This document shows positions 1-13,930 of a DNA stretch of 64,000 nucleotides, piece after piece. Position numbers and translations under genes: made by a program. Position 1 is the stretch's first letter. Every line of letters begins with the position of its first letter. The notes under the pieces are model-generated. The model saw only the letters and a program-made list of their open reading frames with translations. It was not told the DNA's origin and searched no databases. This DNA is from Bugula neritina (taxonomy: Eukaryota > Animalia > Bryozoa), in the NCBI GenBank assembly GCA_964035545.1, contig OZ037768.1:18893700-18957699 (forward strand), written 5' to 3'.

Positions 1-112
1 CTTATTTGTAAAGCTAAGTTGAAAACTCAAGCGCAGAAATATCTAATGAGAAATACTATTTTAAGATGGGACAACTCAATTATTCATTATTTAATTCGAA
101 ATATGTCGGTAT

Positions 113-190
113 GGTTATATTTCGGATTTAATAGCAGCTTTCATTACATGATGATGTAATGAAAGCTGCTATTAAATCCGAAATATAACC
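113..190. repeat. Perfect 37-bp inverted repeat (hairpin, 4-nt loop GATG) upstream of MRPL43
   Basis: 113-149 GGTTATATTTCGGATTTAATAGCAGCTTTCATTACAT is the exact reverse complement of 154-190. Confidence 0.95.
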
Positions 191-465
191 GTTACAACTC
201 AAAAACATTTTATAAAAGTTTATGTTTTTATTATATTTTTTAAATAAAAGTTATTAAGGAAAATTGTAAAAAGTGAGTACATCTCTCACGTATTAGTAAT
301 TTTGTTACTGCCATTTTCAGAAAGTTTCCTCTATATTTTCATGTCCGGTACTACAATATGAGTTAAAAGTCTAAAATCAAACAATTGCAATTAAACTTAA
401 AATTATTATTTGACTTGATATAGCCGACATTGTCGCTGTGATAATTAGTTATTACAATTAATGAG

Positions 466-2247
466 ATGACAAATCGTGGTATTCCTAGTGCTTTTCTTCG
501 AACTACATTGCATAATGGTATTGGAAGATATGTGTGCCAATTGCAACGACTCACGATAAAGTTTTGCAAGGAGCAAAAACAAAGTAGGGGTGTTAGGTGA
601 GCTTATAGTTTAATTGTAAAAGTATTATAGTGTACGCTAAATCTAAAGCTAATAATGAAGTTAAAGAACGCTGAGTTTTAAATTTTAAAACTCGAATGTT
701 ATAATAATGATTATTATCATTATGACCATGGTGATTCACAAAGCTGATAGTGATAGTGATACTCATAGTCATGGTGATATAGCTGAATATAGCTGAATAA
801 TAACTTCAATATAGCTAGACCTAATGCTACAAATATAATCTATTTATTTCTATTATTTGTTTGTTCTCTGTGTTTAAAGATTGATTGTCAGTTGGATTCA
901 AAATTGGTAATCTTTTTTCAATTTTTACTTCAAGAACGATGTCTTAAATGATAAGTAAACTTTTTTATATAGTCGCATATTTAGTGTGTTAATATCATTT
1001 CTGTAACTTTTTGCAGAGATTTTATAGAAAATGGTTTGGTAGATTTTGCAAAGAACAACCCTTCTGTAGCAGTGTATGCACAAGTAAAGAGACACAGAAG
1101 TCCTGCTCTGGTAGCAGAATATTGTAAGCTTTGTCTGGTGTTGAGTAAATAAAACTTAGTTGTGTTTATCTACTTTATATAAGTAGGCAGTTGGTTATAG
1201 CAGCTGTACAACAACTTTTGTTTATTTCATCAATGTAGTTTCAACATCAATGACATGAGTTTCCACTGAAAGTTTTTAGGAGTTGCTTTCTTTTGTCAAA
1301 GACTATAATTATGCAACAAGTTAATATGGTCTAACAATTTTGTAATACAAGTTGTTCTCCTTTATTTAGTACACACTTGTGCAAAATTCTAAGCAATTGT
1401 AAGCCATTTGTATTGGTTTTTTTCCAGTAAATGGTAAGACACATATTATACCAGTGGCTGAAAAAGAGGCTGCTGAGCTACTAGAGTGGCTGGATTTTCT
1501 ACGTACCCGATCAGGTTAGTTTTGCTACCATCTTTCTAAGATTTTGCTAGTAGCAAGTTTAAATTATAGTAAGTGTCTTAAAACAAAGGAAAAACTGAGA
1601 TTTTTATGAGAAATTATGAACATTTTTTATTCAGAGGAAATTGCAAAATAGTTTCCTCTGTACCAGTTGGTCTGAAGAATGTAGGCAGTAACTAGAATAA
1701 ACTTCATGATAAAATTACAACAAGATTCGCAGTAACCTTTCCTTTCAATAAAAACCAATTCCTCTAACTAAAGCATCAGGTTTATTAAAAATTATACTGT
1801 TTTGATCAAAATGAACATAAGTAGTGCAAGTTGCTCACCAAAGTGGTATGCACGTATATAAAGTCTAAGTACCAGCATACTATGACCTTTTGCATATAAA
1901 GCAATAAATAAAGTTGCTTGGCCTCTGTTTTGTGAATATAACATAAGTATGAACATTAATCAGCAGATACTAAGAACAATATCATGCTGCCTCTGGTGTC
2001 CAGCAGCATCTCAGTGTAAGGTTTATATTCAATCTCTGTAGGGGAAGATCTGATAAGAATGAGAAAGAGTCAGCACACATTCTCACCCAGCATACAAGGG
2101 ACGTGGACCCCAGTTACCAACAAACAAGTCTTTCCTCCAGATTTTACTTTTCCCAATAATGAGCTGTTTCAGGCGCACAAGTTTACAGAGTCTGCTACAG
2201 ATATTTTACAAAGGTTGTCCAAGAAGTCAACCCCAAATACTAACTGA
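466..2247 (+). CDS. MRPL43: Mitochondrial ribosomal protein mL43; exons 466-596, 1017-1123, 1428-1514, 2042-2247 (176 aa)
   Basis: Spliced translation [35 protein letters not shown]...[21 protein letters not shown]...VAEYLNG...PSIQGTWTP matches MRPL43 hallmarks; GT-AG introns with consistent phase; AATAAA at about 2360. Confidence 0.93.
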
Positions 2248-3055
2248 GCTGCTCCCTAATTTTTTCTAAATTTAAGTGTCTCTAACTATGAGAAAAGTTT
2301 GACTGGAGGTTTTCAGACAATATGGCTGGCTGTGAAGCAAGTGACATCTACTGATTGACAATAAAACCGTTGGACTGAGCTACTAGTCTTCTGTGGGTTT
2401 CTGCTCTTTAGTTGGTGCAACTTTTCTTGCACTAATTTGCTTGTCTAACATTTTGTCAAGCTGAAACATTTGGAATTCATTTTCCCAAATCCTCTCTACT
2501 TTATGGAGCTTGGGTTGTGTTTTTAGTTTCTCTTCTTTATATCTGCAACATTCATGTCCACATTTTGTCAATAAAGCATAGAATTTCATTATCGTGTTGC
2601 ATTGTTGCATTACAGTAGTTATCTTTTGAAAATGATTGTCTCAAAATTAAAGGTAAATGTTGGAAAACGGCTCCATCTTTAAAAGTAAGTTGCATATACA
2701 GACTCTATGAAAGCAAGCTTACCAGGAGGCTTTCCTGCGCTTCCCGGAGTGACTATTATGTAAATGAAATACTACCATAGTGATTAGAAATAAACTAGCA
2801 TAACACACAGCGTAAAACACTACAATGTGTTTGAATTTAATGTCACAGCTCAACTTTTATCAATGGTAAACTTATATAGGAGCTTACATAAAGTAAATAT
2901 TTCTATTACCTGACTTCCCAGTGGTTACCATGCTTGTGGTTATGTGAAAATATCTTTGGACTTGCTCTCAGATCATTTACCACTGGTAGGTAATCCTCAT
3001 AGTATATCTCTGTTACAAATATCATTGCAAAGTAACATAACATGAAAATAAATAG

Positions 3056-3481
3056 TGTAATGGATTTCAGTGGTGCAATTTATTGTTAGTTATTATATCG
3101 AAAGGGTCGACTCTATATTGTATGCTAATGTGGAGATCGACTACATCGACCTCCAGCGACTTGTATCTATGGTCGACAGTGGCACCACTAGTAACAACCA
3201 ATCAGGACTGACATACTAATTGATAGCAGGTGGAGCTAGCTACTCATAGTGGAAGCGCGCGCTGAGTAGCTAGCCAGGCAGAGCAGCTTGGGACCTCATT
3301 TAGAGTAGTTGTGTGTAAATGCTCACTTATTATGTAATCGTTTCAATTCATGTTAGCAGTAGTTAGAACTTCTTGTATCTTGCAAATAATAAACTTATCA
3401 TAACGTAAATAACCTGGTGTAGTGGCTTTGTTTAAGTCGACCCACACATAATAATTATAGTGAATTGCGAAATTCACTACA
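3056..3481 (+). mobile_element. Solo LTR (426 bp), Gypsy-like
   Basis: TG...CA ends; imperfect terminal inverted repeat TGTAATGGATTTC/GAAATTCACTACA (11 of 13); 4-bp target duplication ATAG at 3052-3055 and 3482-3485; internal CCAAT and AATAAA. Confidence 0.8.
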
Positions 3482-3831
3482 ATAGTAAGTGGGTACCTAC
3501 TGATTGAAATCCTTCAAATGTTGTTTATAATGATATGAAGTGTTAAGGTAGAATTATATTCATTGGTATACACTAAACCTGCCCTACTACCAGCATGTGT
3601 GATGTTATTTCTTAGTTAGGGTAAGAAGTTCCATGCCAGTCTATAAGCTATGTGTATATTATAATGCAATCTAGAACTCTTATCAGCTCCACACTTCTAG
3701 TAGCTGCACACTCACATTAACATTGAATAAAAAATGCATTCACATAATTCAAAATCTTGGAAATGTTTTGATTAACTGAATATGAGACAGCTGGAGTACA
3801 TATAAGTGTAGGTGGAATAATACTGAAAACA

Positions 3832-6317
3832 CTAACCAATGTATGAAGTATCCTTGTTTACCAGCTTCCCTTTCTCATTCCAGGGTTGGGCATATTCTCG
3901 TCTCAGGCGATCTCTATTAGGAGGCACATATTTAGGTGGTGGCATAGGGAACGCTTTTGATGACTGCTGTCTTTGAGATATTTCATTCTCTGTCATTTCT
4001 TTCTTGATAAAACTGCATGTCTGTGAGTAAAAAATGATGGATAGGTGAAAAAAATTTGGACTCTGAGCTTTAGCTTACTGCAAAGTAGCGCAATGTTGTA
4101 TTTATTGTAAAATTCTTACAGTTTTTGGTCGACGGTACTCAGTTGTTTTTGGCCTTAGTGGTGCTAAGCTTCTCTCGCTGAGTGACTTCCTGTTAGCTGG
4201 ATGATAGCTCTGAGTTGATTGGCCAGAGGGTTTGATATTTAAAGTGTCCATGTTGAGTGACTTCGAAACAGATGATTTTGGCCGTGATGGGGATAGACTC
4301 TACAATTAGCAACTTATTATACCTGCATTCAATGCTTTGTGATTTGCGAGATTCAGATCTAATTGTAGCTACATTAATTGTATATGTGGAGTCATGTACA
4401 GATTTTTCAACACCACAAAATTGTTTACAAATAAATGCTGTAACCTACTCCAGATATAGGTTTTCGTTAAAATCACTAGAAATTGCAAAGTAAATTTATG
4501 TTAGCACTTGCCTTGTTTAATAATCATTATTGTATTTATAATATACACTCTAACTTAATAATAAACATAATAAACACGTAAATTTAATAGATGCTACATT
4601 CATAAGTTATTTCTAAAAACTACTTTCTTTCATTTAAAATGTTACTAGTTTATTCTAGTACTGTATTTTATTTGTTACATTGCATCCATGCAGCTTATCT
4701 TATTATCACTTTCCATCCTGCTTGTATCTAGCAGCTTTGTGACCTATTAGATAATACTATATTCTATGGATAGATTGTAACTTGTAAGATAACAAATATA
4801 AGTACTATAAGTATTCTTATTCAGCATCACCTGATAATGTTTAGCTGGTGAACTCTTGACTTGCAGGTTCAAGGAAACAAAAGCATTTAGTTTAGTGATG
4901 AGAATTACAACATTGATTTTATGATGAAATATCTACCATCCAGTTTTTCCAAACATAAGCTACACCAAGTGAGATAAGTGCAGTAGGGGAGAAATTGGGA
5001 CTAGTTGTTTTCTAGATAGAAAATATAGTGAATGAAGTTACATCTTTGTTCCAAATAAGCAAAATTTATAAAAAAAATTAATGAGCTTGGGCTATTGAAA
5101 TTTTTCCATAACTGCACCTAAATGATGTGAAATCTATTTCACCTGCAAATGATTTTAAATTGGTGTTCTACACAAAGCTATTAACAGTAATTATTACAAT
5201 AAAGGGTAGGCCTACTTATGATAACTGATATAATATTTCTTGGTCTGATGGTGTTCTCACCTTCCTAGAAATAGAGACATGCTGTGGTTTACTGGGCAAA
5301 AGGCTGTAAGATCCATTCGGTTGGCTCTCCGTATCCAAGACTTGCCTTGCACTCATCAGAATCTGATACAATTGCTGATTGCCGCTATAATCTATATTCA
5401 TCTCTGAAGCAGGTTTCAACCACTGTCCAGGCCATTTTGTTTTAGGGAGAAGTTCAACAACCTCTTCATCTTCTGTTTCAGAAGTTATTTGGAGTTCACC
5501 ATTTACTGTGCTATTATATAACACAGGCCATTATGTACAAAGTAATGAAAAGATTAGCTGATAACACTACTCATCCCATTGTATTCAGTTTCGAATGCCA
5601 ACAATAGAACTATCATTGATTAATTTCTCTCTGGCCGTGAAAATCATGTCAAATGTGACTCTGACTGAGTTTTGGTTATTAGTTATCACACAGTAAAAGT
5701 CAATTAGTCAACGCTGGGTATTTTGTAAATACAGTGAGATTTTATCAAAATATGGCAGATGAAAAGTAACTAAAACCCAATAATTGTAGCTTACTATTTG
5801 GGTAGACAATTTATAGCTATGTTTCAACCACACTATATTGCAATAGTTAATACAGTGTGATGTAAAAATAAGCCATGACTAAAACCACCAGTTAGATTTG
5901 GCCACTTTCTGGTGTCAGAATAGTTGGATATAATTATAGAATAGAAATAGCCAAAAAATACCCTAAAATTATCTATAGTTGTTAGAGAGAGTAATAGAAT
6001 AATTAACCAAGTTAGAAAAGGTTTTAAAAGACTGAGAAAGAGTTGTAAAGAAAGGCATAATTAATGGGTTTATTTCTCAAACATATTACAATTTTCCTTT
6101 ACTTTGAGAGAGTCTACATCACAGTGGTGAGATCGAGTTTAGTCAAAAATAAAAGCATAGCTTATTAGCCATACCTTGGCAATCGCTCAGCACAAGATGA
6201 ATAACCAAAGCTGACTGACTCCGATTGGTGACTAGGGGTTCTTGGTGTGGGTGGTCTGGCTGGGGGTGCATGATGATGGACATTTCCACTCCTGGCAGCG
6301 TTGGGGATTCGATTCAT
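3832..6317 (-). CDS. Uncharacterised Ser/Pro-rich protein; exons 6317-6175, 5510-5261, 4299-4120, 4020-3832 (about 253 aa; a small extra exon near 4830-4860 is possible)
   Basis: Four open segments joined by GT-AG introns in phases 2, 0, 0: MNRIPNAARSGNVHHHAPPARPPTP...ETEDEEVVELLPKTKWPGQW...FPMPPPKYVPPNRDRLRREYAQPWNEKGKLVNKDTSYIG*. No recognised domain. Confidence 0.65.
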
Positions 6318-7418
6318 GGAGACTGGTGAAAATAAGCCGTTGCTGCTTCTTCTACTTCACCCACACAAATGATGATACAGAATGCATAGATACTGCTGCC
6401 TGCATATTTATAAACTGTTCAAAGACAGCATATTGCTCTTATATTGATTTGATATATTTAATATTTATGTATTATAATTGTGTGCTACTTCTATTGTTGA
6501 AAGTGGATCAATACTAATTATTATTTAATAATTGCCCTGGTAAACTGTCCTTATTTAAGCAGTGTCAAAAATAATATAATAAAATTATATAAATTAACCA
6601 TAATATATTGTGTGTGTGTGTGTGTATTTATATTTTCTATCAATAAAAAAAATATATAAAAATGATTGATGAAATATGCAGAAGGAAACAGCAGTTTTTC
6701 AATTTAGCAACCAGTTGAAATGATTAACAGAAAACTTACTTATTAGGTTGCAAAATTGTTTTCTGGTGTTCAACTGCGTAAGGTTTATAATTCAAAGCCA
6801 GATTTGAAGGTGGTTATTATGAAGTTATCTTTCCCATGCTTTGAAAGGGAGTAATGCCCAGCCCTATAACTAGACCAGTGCAAGTGTACTTGTATAAAGG
6901 CTTCGTGCCACAGAAAAATTTATAAGCTCAGGTTGGCAGTTCATACAATGAAGCTGGTTGGTGCTCATGTGTCTCAATTGTATGCATTTTATACTTTCTA
7001 TTTATGACTTGGAATCATTTTCATCTCTATAACATGTTGAAGCGAAGCTTCATGTCGAATTTATACTTGAAAATATAGTTAATTTTTGCTAACTATTGAG
7101 GAACTTGGTAGCATAAGAACATATTCTTAATATCAAAATTAAACATTTTAATGTAGCCCTTGAATGGTACAATAACTTACACAATACAGTGATGGTACAG
7201 AAACATGAAAAAACTCGCACTCTTAAAACTACAGTCCAAGTACTTCAAAAATACATGCACAACAATTGGCTTGCTGCTGTGAAATATTTTACCAAAAATT
7301 ATATGACAAAACATCATAAACCTTGGTAAAGCAAATTAGTAATTATCTAGATTCTAGATGATAGTGGAATTGCCTAGAGAAATATTGATCGTGTTATGTT
7401 AAAGTTGTATAAGATGGC

Positions 7419-8548
7419 TTATGCACCCAATCGCCATTTAATGTAAAGGGCTTGGAATTTGTCAAATCCAGCCAACACACCAGCGCCAGCAACACCACGG
7501 AGGATGTTTGCTCCAGCTCCTTTCATCAAAGACATGAATCCTTCATTCTTTACGATCTGAAGACCGCAATCGATTGAGCCTTTGTACTTGACTGCCTGGC
7601 CAGATGTCATCATCATTCTTCGCCTGATGGTATCAATAGGGTAGGAGAGGAGTCCGGAAGACACGGTGACAACCCATCCAAGAGCAAAGCTTAGGAAGAA
7701 GCTAGCATCCTCCTTGAGCAACATTGGTTTCAGTGTGTCAAACAGACCGAAATAGAATCCACGGTACACAACAATGCCAACACAGGAGATGACAAAACCT
7801 CTGTAAAGTCCTTGAATACCATCAGACTTCAAGGTCTTTCTGTAGACATCGACAAGGCCATTGAACTGACGCTCACCGCCGCCTTTGCCAGCAGATTTGG
7901 CATCATTAGCTAGACGAGTACGGGCGTAATCCAAAGAGTAGACAAAGCACAGGGAGAGTGCACCAGCAGTACCACCAGAGGCAATATTTTTGGAAAACTT
8001 TGAGGCATATGAATCTGACTTCTTTGGATTGAACATTTTCTTGATGCTGTCTTTAAAAGCGAAGTTCAAAGCTTGTGTTGGGAAATATCTAATGCAGTTG
8101 GCCAAGTTACCTCTCCAAAAGGGAAGAACACCTGTTGAGAAAAATCAAATAGAGTGAAACTGAAACTGCAAAACTATCCAGGCTAGATCACTAAAATATT
8201 TGACCACATATATTTACTAGGTCAACTCTAATAGTGTTATATTGAAAAATGGCTACTGGCTAAAAACAGGTATTTTAGTTGGGTAAAAAAATGAAAAAAA
8301 AAATCCTGTAAATAAAAACAGAATGAAGACAGAAATTAAACAATACCTTCAGTTCTAAAGGTTCTAAGTGTGCAGTCTACCACTCCTTTGTAGGGGGTCT
8401 CCAGACGTCCCTGCTTTATCATCTCATCTTGATTTTGCACCAACAACTTTACTCGCTCAATTGGAGCTGATGCAGTTTTTGAGATGATGGCCGCTGCACC
8501 ACTCAGACCAAAATTCTCCATAAAACTGAGATTTCTTTTGTCACCCAT
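7419..8548 (-). CDS. Mitochondrial ADP/ATP carrier (SLC25, plant/fungal-like AAC); exons 8548-8347, 8131-7419 (304 aa); probable non-coding first exon near 10019-10100
   Basis: Motifs [46 protein letters not shown] and the RRRMMM signature; a minus-strand donor GTAAG lies at about 10018. Confidence 0.95.
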
Positions 8549-11500
8549 TTTTCTATAAAAATATACATACAGTATTATTAAAATAGTAAATATTAGGTTT
8601 ACATGATCCAAGGATAGCTAACTAGCATCCACCAAATCAAGTGAGTTGTCCTACCGGGACAATATAAAAAGACAACAAGGATGAAAATGACAAGACCTTA
8701 ATTTCAAAGTAACATCAAATGTTACCAGTGCATAAATGCCCAGTTTAAAATGTTCGTAATTTTAACCATATCAATCAACATCGAAACTTAATATCAAGTT
8801 GGAATCATTGAAATTGTTGAATTTTAGAAATTGGTTCCATGTCAACCTCATTTCGAACAATGAAATTAATCTAAGCAGCCCTTATAAATACAGTCACCTT
8901 TATTACCAGCAGCAGTATTATTAATATTAATATCACCAACATTCATAAAAGTACTATGAAAATAATGACAAAATCACATGTCTTTACACCAGTCATATTG
9001 CATTGAAGCATGAACACCCAAAGCTTTCAAAACCCCAAATATGAAAAGAAAGGTTGAGAAAACTTGCAACTCAGGTTTGCAGGTTTATATTGTAGCAATT
9101 AGGAAGCTAGTCAACAAAAAGTCTCTTTTAATCATAATTAAACGTGGAATATAAAAATAACCACAATTAAAAAGGCATGAAGCTGATCACTTATAGTTAT
9201 TAGTTTAAAAGCAATTTCAATTTTACACTGGTTGCATTTGCCACTCTGATGCGAGATTTAGTGATAATCTGAACCATTATGATGATTATCATTATGACTG
9301 TGATATTCAAGTCGTAAATTTAGATCTATTGCAACTTGTTCACAACTACAAGCCTACGGATGAGACTACGAGTCAGAGTGAATCAAAATGTTCATTAGTC
9401 TGAATAATTTAACTTTTACATAATCACACCGACATGTCCTGTGCGATGTTCCAACCCAAATGATTAATACTATACTTTAATTATATTTATACAGCAATAC
9501 TAATAGTTACATATTCATATTGAATAGAGAGGCTTGTTTTCAGAGCTGCCTGTAAGTCACTAAGTGTGAGTGTAACTGTATGTAAGTTAATGTTATATTG
9601 ACACTCACATTTGATTATGATAATAATAATTACATTTTTAATTCTTCATTTTGACCTCAAAGTTCGAGACCGAGTTAGATTTAGTGTTACTATTAACTTC
9701 CAAAAAAATCGTGGTGCTGAGAGTAAGTTACCAACTGGCAACTGCAAAACCCATAATGATAATGAAAAAGTATGCTCAGTATTACTATTAAATTGTTGTA
9801 TGTTAAATTTAATGCTATTACTCTACTGTTTATTACAAGCGAGACCGGCAACCGGCTAAAGTAACTTTTGCTTTTAGTAATTCAAATTGCAACGTTCAAT
9901 TTTAACATTCAAGTTTAACTCAGGAGTTAATGCTACGCTTGCTACTACAAATGAAAGAAAAGCCGGTTAATTGCTCGAGTAAGAGCAGCAGAAATGTCGA
10001 TCAGGTGGACATTCTTACCTGTGTTAAGTTTGGAGAGTAGGTGTTAGGCGAACAATAAAAGATTCAGCTGCTGTGTGGAGGAACGGACAACCAACTGCCT
10101 ATGCCGGTACTTGGAAATAAAAGGAACCCCCAGCGATGCAACGTCACTGACACTACAGCGACAACATAGAAAGTCGAGAGCTGTGTCTGTTGCCCGTAGA
10201 ATGGCTGCTACAAGAAATTAACTTAGTTTACAAATATTGCCCAATGGGCACGAGAGTCTCAGAATAGACACATAAATCATAAAACTTTCATTTGTAAAAC
10301 TCCGATTAAGAAAGGCTTGCTTTGTGATATCGCTAGCGAGTTTTGAACAAGAGAGAATGACTCTTACAGCGAAATGAAATGACGCTGAATTATAACTATT
10401 ATGCATTTTAGGTCAACAATTTGTAAATTAACCAATATTGTAGGTCATTTGATAAAAACAAGTTCTTTCAAATTTGCTGGTAATCAAGTCTGATGCTTGT
10501 ACATCATAATAACATACGACAACAAAGTCAATATAGTATATAAATCAGAAGCATATAAAATGAAATGCTGAATGGTACTGCTGATCAGCAGAAGTTATAT
10601 TGATGTACTCTAAAAGTAGATTAACATTTAAACATTTCCATAAAATTGTGGCAATCCATGCGCATTTATGACAAACCAAATCATGGTGAAAGCTGCACTG
10701 ATTTTTTATATACTTTCAGAAATTTTGCATTTCATACAAAATATTAATGCTTACTTATAGAGTGTAAGCAAATTTCTACATTTGCGTGCATGCATGCAGT
10801 GAATCTTTTGAAAAAAATGTGAGTGTTTTTAAGTAAACCTTAAAACTGTTTGGAGAGTATGTGCAAGTTTTGAAAGATCTATGTTCATTCAGACAGATGC
10901 TTTTTAACATGCAAACAAAATGTATAGGGAGGGACCACCGTGTGCTTCTTCCTGGCAATATTTTAATGTCATTAGGCCTCCAAGCAGTACAAATCCCATA
11001 GTAATGCAATCAAAAAACATTTGAGCTATATTAAATAGATGGTCATGCTATACTCAGTAAAAAAGAGTTTCCTTGGAAATAATATGTACTGTCAGGCACT
11101 TCGTGAATATCAGTGCCATAAATATATCTAGAATCATGAGCTTCCGTTCACCAACTTCTACTTTATTGGATTGAGTCTTTTAATTTAAGACAGCTACAGA
11201 GTTGATGAGCTGTAGTTTGAGTACCAATTATGAATAGTGGCGTTCATAAATCTTATTAAATCAAGTTCAAAAAACCTTTCAAATTCTAAAACTTGCATGC
11301 GTGCATCATTTTTTTAGGCTACGTGCCTCAGCTTATAAACTTTGAGTAGAATCCTTAAAAATCATCAATGAAAGTTTTCAATATGTAAATAGTAGGTAAC
11401 TACGAATATGAATTATAAGGAATACATTAATTTTAATTGCATGTATACTTTATCTGAAATACAAGTTGAAATAAAATAATAATTATACTGGAAACTGCAC

Positions 11501-12929
11501 AGATATGCTATGACTAGCCAGTAATATTATGGACATGAATTGAATCTTATGTGACACCATGAACTTAACTAGCTCATATAAGAGTTCTACTTATCTTAAA
11601 AAAAGATGATTAGCTCAAGCATAAAGTCAACATCATTATCACCTAATATTATTTTATATTCTGTATTTTCATCATTTTATAGTTTTGCAACATGACTTTG
11701 TCAAACATACATGACTTTCTATATAATATTTGCCTCAATTTCATTTTTGATTATGATCTTTCAAGTCCAACCATATATAATAATAGTGAGCTGTTATTAA
11801 ACCAGCTTGTCCCATGGGTAATATAAGCATGTATAGTAACCAAACAACTGTTTATAATTCATAGCAACACTGAGCAGATTAGAGGGTCAACAGCAAGCTC
11901 AATATCACTAGGTGTATTCATAGCCACAGTTCAATATACACCATTACAGAGTTGGTGATAGAAAATATAATATAATAGCATATATTGAATATGCTTGAGA
12001 TATGCCTTAGGTTAAATAAGCTGTTATGTGCCTTATGAGAGCTTTAACTCCTTAATACATTTAGAAACATCACTATTCACAAAATATATATTTGCATATA
12101 TATATAATGCATGCATGGTGCTTAAAAATGTACATAATATTATTTATTGCACCACTTACATGTCAGTACAATAGGAGACATAAAATTACGTGTTAGATTG
12201 GTATATGAAAATAAATTGGTAAAATTAGGTTTGCAATAATTTTTTTTAATTAATTATGTATGTATATATATAGCAATTAGCAACTAATAGGCTCAATGAT
12301 GGAAATGATTGAAGTGTTACAGATCATTTGGTTAGCGAACTAATTAAAATTGGTTACTGATGATGATCTAAATACTTCAGACAAGAAATTTATTTTGAAC
12401 AAACAATGAACTTAAATAACCAGGCATACTGTGTCCCATACACATGGTACCAAATATTGCTATATATACTTTGTTTTTTATTAATATTTTATAATATACA
12501 TACTGCAATGATACATAGCTATACAACATTAATATATATATATATGCAATCTGCTTATGAAAGTATGACTAAGGAGAATATGAAAATGATGATGGGGTCT
12601 GTAAGTAGTATACAATATAACTGTGTAGATCAACTTATAAGTTGCATCAAACTATAATATTATTATTATACTTCTTACAAATTTAGACAACGAAAAGTTC
12701 ACTATCACTGAAAAATAATTGCTAAGAATAATGATTTTCAAAATATTAATAATTAAGGCTATCATAAATAAGCTGATAAAAAAAACAAAATGAATATCAA
12801 CACAAGTATAGTATGCATAATACGCACACTGGCATCTTTAGCAAAATTCATCCTTGGAGTTATTTTCCCTTATGTGCCAGTAAGCAAAAAAGTAGGCGTG
12901 ACTTGGGAGTCCTGTCTTTATTGGCGAAA

Positions 12930-13930
12930 CTAAAAATAATAACAAAACCTTGGAAGTTAATACTAATAGTAATTTTAGTAAATTTAGTATTACTATGACA
13001 ATTGGTATTAGTGCTACTTGTTAGTTATTACTTATTAGTATTGGCATCATTATCACTATTGCTATTACATTTGCATTTAGTATAGTTTAACGTAAGTAAT
13101 AGTAATACTAATAGTAATAGTAATACTAATACTCAGTAATGAGTAATACTTATACTAAGGTCTAAGACTAAGACTAAGAGTAAGAGTAAGACTAAGACAG
13201 TAAGTGTAACTGTAAGAGTAACTGTAACTGTGTCTGTAAGTCTAATACTAATAGTGATAGTAATTTACAATTACAATTACTATTAGTAAAACTAAATGTA
13301 ATACTAATAGTAATAAAGTAATAGTAATGCTAATAGTAATAGTTAATACTTAATACTGAATCTCATTCACTGAAAGTGAAAGTGAATGTAATACTCAAAC
13401 TCATAGTAATAGTCATACTCATACTGATACTGTATAACTCAGTATAACTGTATAAGATTAAGAGTAAGACTTAGTCTTATAGACTATTACTATAGTTATT
13501 GTTAGACTAGACGTTAGACTAAGTCTAAGAGTAATTTAAAATAACTAATCAGTAATGTGTCAATAGTATAAGTATTAATAATGTTACTCGTAACACTGTG
13601 ATCAAGTTTAACTGAAACTGTGTAACTAAACTATAACTTACACTGTAGTCATAGTGATAGTGTTAGTCTATAACTTATTAGTAGAAGTATTACTAAAAGT
13701 AAAGGTAAAGGCAAAGCCCTTAGGCCTAACTTAACTTGACTATCACTTTATTTGCTAGTATTCGTTAATCAAAATGTAATTAGTATCAGTTATGATTATG
13801 ATTATCATTATGATCATAAAATTAAATTAGAATATCAATATGACTTATAAGTATTACATTCAATCTAATTGATATTGATAATGTTATTCAATAACATTCA
13901 CATTGTCATTGTGATTATCATTTTTATTAT
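12930..13930. repeat. Degenerate 6-bp-period tract (AGTAAT, ACTAAT, ACTAAG, AGTGAT, ACTCAT variants)
   Basis: Runs such as agtaat actaat agtaat, actaag actaag agtaag, tgtaac tgtaag; a GTAAGT donor at 13092 precedes the densest part. Confidence 0.85.

Noticed and set aside
7419-8548. Fungal or plant contamination, or recent horizontal transfer, of the carrier gene
   Set aside because: Host-like introns, composition and first-intron tract, embedded among animal genes; ancient paralogy is simpler.
10200-12900. Short ORFs between the carrier gene and MFSD11
   Set aside because: AT-rich random-like translations with no motifs or consistent exon chain.
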